A DNA stretch of 64,000 nt from the NCBI GenBank assembly GCA_963693365.1, contig CAVNZM010000004.1, positions 1,423,449-1,487,448 on the forward strand, written 5' to 3'. Under the pieces are notes generated by a model. The model saw only the letters and a list, made by a program, of their open reading frames with translations. It ran no database searches and was not told the DNA's origin. The position numbers and the translations under genes were made by a program. Below, piece after piece: positions 1-16,102 of the stretch (its first letter is position 1; the number at the start of each line of letters is the position of its first letter). Source of the DNA: Amoebidium appalachense (Eukaryota > Protista > Ichthyosporea).

Positions 1-261
1 GGGATGATGCTTCAAGCAAAGCACGACGTTTGGGGCCTAACGTGGGAAAAGTTTTGAGTTGGTGAATTCAAAAGTATTTCTTTTGAAACATCTGGGAAGA
101 AAAGGATGGGGTCAGCTCCTCTGTTTGACTGAGCGTATGTGTGTGTGTGCTCGTGTATGTGTGTATTATGGGCCCGTGAGGGGAAGGGGGAGGGGCATGC
201 TAGAACGGGGGGATAGAGCCATCATCCGTGTGTGCGTGTGCGTGTGCGTGTGCATGCGTGC

Positions 262-302
<41 letters not shown>

Positions 303-418
303 CGCGCGCGCGCGCGCGTGCGTGCATGTGCTAGTGTGGGTGCATGCGTGCACAAGTGTGTCTTTGGTGATGGTGGTGATATTGGCGGGGGTGTTCGGGG
401 GCGTTTGTGTGTGTGTGT

Positions 419-449
<31 letters not shown>

Positions 450-753
450 TGAATGCGGAACACGGTACGAAGTACGCATACACGAAGGACACATGCAAAG
501 GCAAACATTCAAGTATGCAACATAGCCATGCGCACAGTATGCGTCATAAGCAGAGCCCATCCTCAGGGAGGGCCCAAGTCATCAATTGCGTCTGAGTTTC
601 GACCCCTTAGCCCGCGTATATACGACTCTCCAACTCAGACAGCAGCATCAACTGAACTTGGGAGGGTCAACCCGTCTTGATCAAAGACGAGCAGGGTTGC
701 TTATGCAAGCAAGGTGAGCAAAACGGTGAATATGTGGGGGGGGGGGTGCATAC

Positions 754-7580
<6,827 letters not shown>

Positions 7581-9544
7581 TGTGGCGTTTTAGAAAACAC
7601 CACTAGATGAAGGTGACTGTAAACCCAACGTCTGAGACTTGTCTTCCCTGGGTTCCGTTCTGCTAGCGCCTGCGCGTTGCGTTGGCGACAGTGAAAGAGA
7701 GGAATTTCAGATGTAAGAAAAAGCCGCTTTGTTTACCAAGTCCTATGCGCCAATCAAACTTCGAGACAGCACAGAAAGCAGAGGAGGGTAAAAAAGCATT
7801 TATATCAGCAGTAAGGGTATGTACATCTATCTGGAAATTCTCGGGAAATTTAGGTACCTTGCGGGAAAGGAAAGTTGCCGGAAAGATAGGTGAAATTTTG
7901 GGAAAGGAGCGAGAAAATGTTTTTTTTTTTTCGAGAAATTTAGCATATCGTGGGATAGATGATCTTGTTTGATCCGAGCGATCTATCTCGGGAATTTCGG
8001 AAAAAGTAGGCCGGAAAGATCCAAATTTCTTGTGGTCTAGGGGTATGTATGTGGTATATAGGGTATGGTTTACGGGCTTTTGCCCTCTTCCTTTGGAAGG
8101 CACATGATTGGACAGCAAGACTCGTAAACAAACCAAAAAAGGTGGAAGTTTTAACCATATCCAATGACATTGTTTTCCTGAGAGAGAGGCGATGGGATTG
8201 TTTGTAATCCAATCAAAGTGAGCATAACAAGAGCTTGACTGGCTATAATTGGCCGGAACAGGTTTTTGGCGGGCCCGCCAGTGCAGCCTAAGCACCACTT
8301 TAAAAAAATTTACTCTTGGAGGGAAACGATTGTAGTGGCTGAAATCGCAAGATTAATGTAATTGGCAGCATTCAACCAATGAAAACAAATGTTTGCAAGC
8401 GATTGTTGACACTTTGGAAAGGTATATATGCTGTAACTTGCACTTGACAGAAACACCGTACGATTTCTACTTGTACTCGAATCTCTTCAAAATGGCCTCA
8501 TTCTCTGCTGCAGCTGTCAGCATTACGAAACGTAAAAGTACCACTTCCACTTTTCTGGTGGCCGATCTCATTGCCACTGAGCCCACCAACCAACCATGAA
8601 GTGTGTGCGTGTGTGCGCGTGTGTGTGTATATATGTGTTTGTGTGTGGGTGCACATATTGCGTATACGTAGGCCACTCTAGTGGGTCACTGGGTGGGTCG
8701 CATGGTGCTGGGGAAAAGGCTGGGATGGCGAGAAATTTCGAAAGAAATTTAGGTAGGCTTTCGACAAAGACGGGAAATTTCTTGGAAAGATAGGTACCTG
8801 GTGGGAAAGATTTTGGGAAAGATAGGTTCATTCGTACTCGATTTGTGCCTCCCTTAATCAGTATGTTTGGATTGTCGTCTGCTGTTTGTCGTATGGAGGA
8901 ATTGTCTCTTCGTTTTTGTTTTCATTTAGTTAGGCTACCTGATGGTCACCCTCTTTATGCTTTCTTTCCCCCCCCCTCCCTCCATCCCTCTTCCCCCCCG
9001 ATTCACCAACGCTACTTCTGAATGTCCTCAGCCTACCCTTGTCTTTCCACCTGATTCTTCCTCTCGCTATCTCAGTCGCGCCATGTCGGGCTCCCGATCA
9101 CATCAAAACCATATGTGATCGGTGAACAAGCAGTATGATTCCTTAAAAATAGCAGTTAACTATCCAATAAGATCGCCACTCCGGGCTCATCAGATAAAAT
9201 GCAACCAATCAAGATGCGTATTTTGCACATTCCTATTCTCTTAAATTTTAACACGCACAGGGCCATCGCGACCAGGCACAAAACACGACACGTGTTTCGT
9301 AAACGGCCGTGCGCCGCTGCATCCACACTCCACCACATTTACGCACAAGGGGCGGCATGCACACCATTGCATAGAGCCAAACGCTGGCAACATGGCCGTG
9401 TTTGAGCCGTTGCCGTAGGACTAGTACAACACGAGTTATTAGTTTTGCGACATGGGCACTTTGTCAGGAAAAACGAAATTTACTAAAGCGTCAAAAACTC
9501 TAGAAAAACATAAGAATACCAATAGGCCGCACGAACTTCATGCT

Positions 9545-10120
9545 GTCTTCTTCCACCATGACGAGCAGCACCAACACCCTGCTCTAGTGTCCTCTACCAT
9601 GCCGAGCAGCACCAACACCCTGCTCTAGTGTCTTCTACCATGCCGAGCAGCACCATCACCCTGCTCTAGTGTCTTCTACCATGCCGAGCAGCACCATCAC
9701 CCTGCTCTAGTGTCTTCTACCATGCCGAGCAACACCAACACCCTGCTCTAGTGTCTTCTACCATGCCGAGCAGCACCATCACCCTGCTCTAGTCTTCTAC
9801 CATGCCGAGCAGCACCAACACCCTGCTCTAGTGTCTTCTACCATGCCGAGCAGCACCAACACCCTGCTCTAGTGTCTTCTACCATGCCGAGCAGCACCAA
9901 CACCCTGCTCTAGTGTCTTCTACCATGCCGAGCAGCACCAACACCCTGCTCTATTGTCTTCTACCATGCCGAGCAGCACCAACACCCTGCTCTAGTGTCT
10001 TCTACCATGCCGAGCAGCACCAACACCCTGCTCTAGTCTTCTACCATGCCGAGCAGCACCAACACACTGCTCTTCTTTCTTTCTTTTCCACCATGCAGAG
10101 CAGCACGAACACACTGCTTC
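9545..10120. repeat. Tandem minisatellite, 41-bp unit, about 14 copies
   Basis: Unit CTACCATGCCGAGCAGCACCAACACCCTGCTCTAGTGTCTT. CCATG anchors at 9556, 9597, 9638, 9679, 9720, 9761, 9800, 9841, 9882, 9923, 9964, 10005, 10044, 10091. Two 39-bp variants; no spacers. Confidence 0.97.
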
Positions 10121-10293
10121 GTCTTATTGTATTGTTTCTAACTTTCCGAACATTTTTTCTTGCTTATACCCTTTTATTTTCCCCCGGGTCACTCCTGGCT
10201 AGGTGTTGGTTGAAGTGAGTTTGCTCAATCCCCACTAGCGTGACTGCGGCAACCCCGTGGGCTAAGAATTGCCAGAATATGTAGTGACAGTCG

Positions 10294-13200
10294 TGTTATA
10301 ATACGTAGTATTTACATATTGTAAGATCTTCTCAGTTCGTGTTATGTTTTCATTCATTTACTTAATGAAAAAGATGTGCTCCTTGTACGTAAATTATGAC
10401 ATCGATCTCCAGTGTATTTGAGTACTTGTAATCGTGTTGTGTCGGCTATATTCGTGTGTTTAGATATCGATTACAGCAACTGATTATAGGTACACGAGTC
10501 TACCCAGTGAGGGAGACACGTGTACATGTTATGTGTACATGAATATCTTCGGTTATAACTGTGTTTTGCTGTTCGTGTTTTCTGTCCTGCTTTCTTTTCT
10601 TTTTCCTCTTTCTTCGTCTTTTCTTTTCTCTTTCTTTCTTCTCTTGTTTCCTTTCATTTAATTATATTTCTCTCTCACTAATATACGTTGAGTAGATTTA
10701 TATTACTCGTTATGTTTTGATTGGTAGAAAAACACTTAGGTTACACTTTAGCTTGTCAGGTATGATTCATAGCTTAGTCAACCACTTTTGTTTTGTGTGT
10801 TGCCGTACTATATCCAATCAGTGGACTTAGTCAGAAAATGTCTGAGTCTTTGTAGCCGATGATAGGTTAGAAACACCACCTCTTTCCTCGTTACTCTTCA
10901 CCTCTTTTCTTTCTTATAGCTGTGACCTATGGTGTGTGTTCCCGCGTCTCCGGATCTATCCGGGAAATAATCAGTTAATTATGATTGGTTATTTTAGACA
11001 TAGATCTGAATTCCGACTGGTCGGAAATCATGTATGGATTTAACTTAAGGGAATTTCAGGTATTTATTAGCGATCAAAATAAATTGAGTTTAGTCGTGTC
11101 TAAACATTGATGTCTGTTGTGTACACTGCTCCGATCGTTCCGTGTTTTGTTGTTGTGTGTGTCTGTGGTGTTTTCACACTGCACCACTGTGTCTCTGCTT
11201 ACATCCTAAATACTTATAGAATTTAACAGGTTATGCAGCCCTTTTGCACGCTCCCTACACACATCTAGAACTCGCGCTCGTTTTTCAATCATGGATCCAA
11301 ACAAAACTGGCGTAAACAAAATCACCATGTGGAAAGGTGAAGGGAAGACTGGTCCCGATAGCAAAACTACCTATTTTCAATGGGAAATCATTTTTCTCGG
11401 CATGATGACCGGCACTAAAGGTGTCCGACTCGTGGATGTTGTCCTTGCTGACAACTACGTCCCCCCTACCACCGTCGCGGTTGACGGTGAACCCCCCTTC
11501 TATGGCTACGGCACTACCGCGGAACTCAAAGAGGCCCGCAATTGCCTCCTGCTCCATATGATACAGAACATCGACCCTTCCGTCCTCACCACCGTTGCCC
11601 AGTACCGTATTGGCATGGACCCTGAACGGGCCATGTGGAAATTCCGTCAACACTATCTCCAAGGCAAACCCGATCAGATCCGCATCCTTCACCGTCAGTG
11701 GGATGCCTGTGCCCTTCAGCCCGGTGAATCATTCACCACCTACCTGAGCCGTCTGCAGACCATCGTGAACCAGCTCCAGTCTCTCCAAGATGAGTCCATT
11801 CACTTCACTCGTCTAGCTGAGAAGTTCTTCAATGAACTCACCACCAGAGACGACCTCACCCCTGAGTTCAATCGTCTTATCGAAGACTATCACTTCGGTG
11901 ATAAGCTATTCCCCGACTTCGAGTCCCTCCATAACCACGTCAAGGGCATCGAGTTACGTCAAGACCTCAAGATGCAACTCCGGAACAACCGTGCCCACCG
12001 TGCCTCCAAGTCCAGCATGGCATTAAATGCCAGTGCTCCCCCCCGTGATCTTCCTCGCCGTGACTTACGCACCCGACTTGACCGTACCTCTGGCACGGAC
12101 CTCCGAACTCGTCTCTCCCGTCAGCACACCCGATCCCGTTCCCCCCACCGGCCTGCCTTCCGGTCCACGTCTCGTTCCCCCAGTCGTTCCCGTTTCTCGG
12201 GTTCCCGTCGTTCTGATTCCCCGGCTCGTTCTAACACCCCGTCCGTGAAAGAATGCTCCTACTGCCACGAGCCTGATCACACGATCATCGATTGCCCTGA
12301 GCCGAAATGCCGTATGTCCAGACACAACCGTTCCCGTCAAGGCAGTGAGAAATCTGTCTCCTTTGCTTTCTCGGCATACAATGCTAGCTCCGTCCCCGTG
12401 TCCTCCGACCCTGCCTGGGATTCCGGGTGCAACATGACTGTTTGCCCCACCCGTGAGTTCTTCCATGACCTCACTCCCCTTCCGACACCGACTCCCGTTG
12501 CTGCCTTCAATGGCACCCCCGTCTTGGCCACTCACACCGGCCATATCGTCATCAACACCACCACCGACCATGGCACTACCACCCTAACCATTGAAGCCTA
12601 CTACACCCCGTCTGGCCAAGCCTTCCTCATTTCAACATCCCAAGCTGCTGCCGAATACATCAAGGGTGATTTGAACGATGCCTCCACTCCGTCATTCCTC
12701 TTCGACCGACTCACCGGCCGTCATCTCGTCAACCTCCGTCTACACAACGGTCTGTATTACTTCAAGGACTACACCATTCAACCACCCACTCGTCCTGTGG
12801 CTCTGGCTGCCACTACCAGTGTTAACCCATCCATCTGGCACCATCGTCTGGGGCACCGAGCTATGACCAGCATCAAGGACATGGTGAAACACGACCTTGT
12901 TATTGGTCTCCCCTCCTCTGTCCTCGACTGTGATGTTCCTGATTGTCATGGCTGCATTATGGGTAAGACCACCAAGGCTCCGTTCAGGGGTGACCGTCCT
13001 CACTCCAACATCCCCGGTCATGAATGGCATTGGGATTTTTTTGAGCCTACCACAACATCGTACGGAGGTTCCAAGGTTGCTCTCGTCACTGTCTGCCGTG
13101 CCTCTGGCCTCGTCAAGATCTACCCGATGGCCGACCGTACCACCACCCTGGATATTCTCACAGCTCACACCAACCTCGTTGCCACCCATGCCCCCTCCAA

Positions 13201-13610
13201 AGTTGGTGTTTACCACTTCGACTCCGGCTCTGAGTTCACCTCCAAGGATACCCGTGCTTTTTGCCTCTCCCAGGGCATCAAGGCCAGCTATGCTCCGGTG
13301 GACTGCCCTCAACTGAACGGCTATGTTGAACGACGTATGCGGTTCCTCCAAGAGATTGTCCGTTGCCTCCTCCATCAAGTCCAAGATCAGTCTCTGTCTC
13401 CCAAACTGTGGGCTGAGGCCCTCCAACATGCCGCCTACATCATCAACGTCACCCCGTCCACGACTGCCAATGGTCGTACACCATTCGAGGTTTTCTACGG
13501 TGTCAAGCCCGACATCTCCGAGCTCAAAGTGTTCGGTTGCCCTGCCTACACTCACGTGCCAGCCTCTAAACGGAACAAGCTGGCCCCCACCGTCAAACTC
13601 GGCATGTATA
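10294..13610 (+). mobile_element. Ty1/Copia LTR retrotransposon, 3'-truncated (5' LTR, PBS, gag-PR-IN; no RT, RNase H or 3' LTR)
   Basis: AT-rich putative LTR ends ...TTTAACA at 11228. Its start is uncertain (TGTTA at 10294 or TGTAG at 10280). It is followed directly by a PBS and the polyprotein ORF, whose homology stops just after the integrase. Confidence 0.85.
11229..11242 (+). promoter_or_regulatory. Primer-binding site, half-tRNAiMet type
   Basis: GGTTATGCAGCCCT directly after the LTR-terminal CA. It resembles the Ty5/copia-type PBS GGTTATGAGCCC with one extra C. Confidence 0.7.
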
Positions 13611-13645
13611 TATTATGTATCCTGACTTATAGTTGCACTATGTAG
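11291..13645 (+). CDS. Copia Gag-protease-integrase polyprotein, truncated (784 aa)
   Basis: Gag helical region, zinc knuckle CSYCHEPDHTIIDC, protease WDSGC, WHHRLGH...CHGC, integrase HWDFF / FDSGSEF / PQLNGYVER, TPFEVFYG, LKVFGCPAY. The last ~12 codons are read-through into unrelated DNA. Confidence 0.93.
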   Translation: MDPNKTGVNKITMWKGEGKTGPDSKTTYFQWEIIFLGMMTGTKGVRLVDVVLADNYVPPTTVAVDGEPPFYGYGTTAELKEARNCLLLHMIQNIDPSVLTTVAQYRIGMDPERAMWKFRQHYLQGKPDQIRILHRQWDACALQPGESFTTYLSRLQTIVNQLQSLQDESIHFTRLAEKFFNELTTRDDLTPEFNRLIEDYHFGDKLFPDFESLHNHVKGIELRQDLKMQLRNNRAHRASKSSMALNASAPPRDLPRRDLRTRLDRTSGTDLRTRLSRQHTRSRSPHRPAFRSTSRSPSRSRFSGSRRSDSPARSNTPSVKECSYCHEPDHTIIDCPEPKCRMSRHNRSRQGSEKSVSFAFSAYNASSVPVSSDPAWDSGCNMTVCPTREFFHDLTPLPTPTPVAAFNGTPVLATHTGHIVINTTTDHGTTTLTIEAYYTPSGQAFLISTSQAAAEYIKGDLNDASTPSFLFDRLTGRHLVNLRLHNGLYYFKDYTIQPPTRPVALAATTSVNPSIWHHRLGHRAMTSIKDMVKHDLVIGLPSSVLDCDVPDCHGCIMGKTTKAPFRGDRPHSNIPGHEWHWDFFEPTTTSYGGSKVALVTVCRASGLVKIYPMADRTTTLDILTAHTNLVATHAPSKVGVYHFDSGSEFTSKDTRAFCLSQGIKASYAPVDCPQLNGYVERRMRFLQEIVRCLLHQVQDQSLSPKLWAEALQHAAYIINVTPSTTANGRTPFEVFYGVKPDISELKVFGCPAYTHVPASKRNKLAPTVKLGMYILCILTYSCTM

Positions 13646-14041
13646 AGAGCACATTCGTGTGTCTACTGTGGAAGACGTTAGCTCCCCTTAGGCAGTGCCT
13701 CCGGGAGTGAAACGGGATAAAATAAAAAATAAAAAAAATTCCTCTCGCTATCTCACTCCCTCTTTCTTTTCTCTTCCTGTTTTTTCTGCCTTTTCACGTT
13801 ATTACCATACGCAGTATAAGTTTCTTTCTCGTTCTGATAGAGAAATCAAAGGTAAAACTCAGTCGGCATGTGTTATGTTCCTTAGGCAACACCGTACTGA
13901 TCATTATCGCTTTTTGGGAGCTTTGGCAGGATACATTTCTCCTGCTGTACGTATGGATACCACCCTAGTAGATAAGTCTGTATGGTGCTCTGATGTTGAT
14001 ATTGCCTGGGAAGTTGTGCAGTGGCGCTGTAATTCTTGTTT

Positions 14042-14236
14042 TCATCGCCGCTGGTGCCACTTTTGTGCTGACCTTTTTAATCGCAAGCATGTTGATAGGT
14101 GTGAATTTTTATGTCGCGTTTTACCTCTTTCCCTCCGGGTATCTGCTACACTAGCTAGCTGGCAATGTGAACACTTTAGACTTTTTGTTGAATTCTGTTG
14201 GTCGTCACATTGAGTATTTATATGATTTTCACACAA
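14042..14236 (-). pseudogene. Possible BED zinc-finger remnant of the hAT transposase
   Basis: KCSHCQ...RHKNSHLSTC (CxxC...HxxxC spacing), about 300 bp inside the right TIR. No catalytic domain is recognisable. Confidence 0.3.
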
Positions 14237-15717
14237 TGTTCAGGTATCTCAGTATGCACTTGTTACTGGATAACTCGTGAAGTTTTTATTGTCTTCTCAG
14301 TATGCCGTGCATACTTGTCATATCTTTCCGTCGAATAAATCCAGTCAAAAGAAAAAAAAATTCAAGAATTTCCGGGAAAGGATCTAGGAAAGTTAGGTCG
14401 ATTTTGGGAAAGATTGGGAAAAATCTAAAAGAAAGATAGGCTTTTTTTTTTAGATAGATTTACATACCCTTAATCAGCAGTTGACCAATCAAATCTGCGG
14501 AATCTGGTCACTCACATCTCCAGCCAATCAAAAAGCAGTCAACAAAAATGTAGGGGGTTTAGGGCCAGAAAATTGCTCCTAAAAATCCAAAAAATGTCCC
14601 TAACTTTTTGAGGTTAGGTCCATCAATTTTTCAAAAATTGGCTCTAACAGAGATAAAAATATAAGAAAATACACCCAAAAACGGTTGTTGGCTCTGTTAG
14701 GGCCATCCAGGCTGGTGGAAAGTTACCAAAATGGCACCAGCCAAAAACAATTTCATACCCTGGAGTCACTCCTAGTTATAAAGCCGCTCACTCATTTAGG
14801 AGGCCTTGAGTGTCCGCACAAATCAATGAAGGTCCGGCGGAGACTGATTGTGTGTGGCTGCTGCGCCAGTGTGTGTGGTAGAGGGCTGACGGTGGACCAG
14901 GTGTTTATGGTTATGGGTGGGTGGGTGGATGGGCTGAGGGGGCGGGGGGAGGAGCTCGAGGGGGGGCCGGGGGGGGGGGGAGGGGAGGGGAGGGCGGGAG
15001 ATCCTGGCGGCAGCATGGAGTACAGCTAGCCCACCATCCCTCCAAAGCACGACTATGTACACCTTTTTGAGAAAACATCTACTGTGTGTAGAGTTCGCCG
15101 CATGCTTACGTAACCATAAGAGTAACGGTTGACCACAAAGAAAGCTTCTGGCCGGTCCGGGAGAGCAATTTGAGTTGCAATTCATCACTGACAGGGGCGG
15201 ATGGGTCTTTGCAAAGGGTGGGCTCGTGGGTAGGTGGTGGTAGAGGGGCTGGTTTGGTAGGCTCTGGATGGAGGGTATGCATGGCGAGAGAGAGGGGGAG
15301 GGGAGGGGGGAAGCGGGGGGGAGGGGGACAGTGAGAAAGAGAGCCCGTGTGCGTTTTTTTGTGCACACGCACGCGCGTGTGTAAGCCATGTGCCTTTGTG
15401 TCGGTTTGTTTACATACGCGTGCGTGTGTATCATGTGAGGTGTGCATGTTTGCCCGGGGGAGGGGGAGGGGGGAGGAGCGTGGGGGGGGGGGGGGGATGG
15501 GGGGGGGGGGGGGGGGGGGACAACTGAGGATTCGGGGAGCTCTCATTCGCATGTGCACATCATGGACACCATGGCAAGGGACACAGACTCTGGGCAGAGT
15601 TCAAAGCGCAAGCCAATGACCACTGGACTCTTAAAATGAGGCATTTATCTGGGCACTGCCAGCGGACAAACGCCACAAGCAACCTCCTGACTCGAAACCA
15701 CATGCATTGCACACTTG

Positions 15718-16102
15718 GTTCATCCGTGACGCGACAAAGGGGTGTGGAAGCTTCTTCACCCACCTCCCAAGCTACGACCCATGCGCGCCGGAAAACATTC
15801 AGAAAGCAGACAAAGAACGTAAAGTGTCTGCTAAGAATGCGTGCGCCACACGTTGTCGTGTACGCATCAGCAAGGCAAAAGAGTTCCTCGCAAAGTTGGA
15901 AAACGATGCTACGAGCGTGATAGACACGGACACGAAGGAACCAATGTTTTCTGGTGAGAAACTGCTCGAGCGCAAACGCCGATGCGAGATGGAAATCGAG
16001 CTCTTCTGCGAACTGTTCGCGCTGGCGGAAGGTCGTGCATACGACCCCGTAAGCGACAAGTGGGAACCAACCCCACAGGTGTCGGACCAAACCGATGCCT
16101 AA
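15718..16102 (+). pseudogene. LINE ORF1 C-terminal fragment
   Basis: FIRDATKGC...VSDQTDA is identical to the end of ORF1 in copy C. Confidence 0.9.

Larger units (their letters stand above)
7812..14472. mobile_element. Non-autonomous composite hAT-type DNA transposon
   Basis: Left TIR TAAGGGTATGTACATCTATCT (7812-7832) matches the reverse complement of 14452-14472 at 20/21. Identical 8-bp flanks ATCAGCAG at 7804-7811 and 14473-14480. GGGAAA-rich subterminal repeats at both ends. An 8-bp TSD with TA(A)GGG ends is typical of hAT. Confidence 0.88.

Noticed and set aside
9545-10120. CRISPR-like array
   Set aside because: Units are head-to-tail with no unique spacers, there are no cas genes, and the context is eukaryotic.
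12065-13555. Long antisense ORFs over the Copia polyprotein
   Set aside because: Shadow frames caused by C-rich codon bias; no recognisable motifs.
13695-14213. 172-aa plus-strand ORF inside the hAT element
   Set aside because: Non-ATG start and no recognisable domain; likely antisense to transposase remnants.
14551-14720. TAGGGGGTTTAGGG start resembling another DNA-transposon end or a telomeric repeat
   Set aside because: No partner TIR or TSD was found in the window, and there is no tandem telomeric array.
14780-15717. Exon-like non-repetitive patches upstream of LINE copy A
   Set aside because: Stops occur in the plausible frames and no family motif could be recognised.
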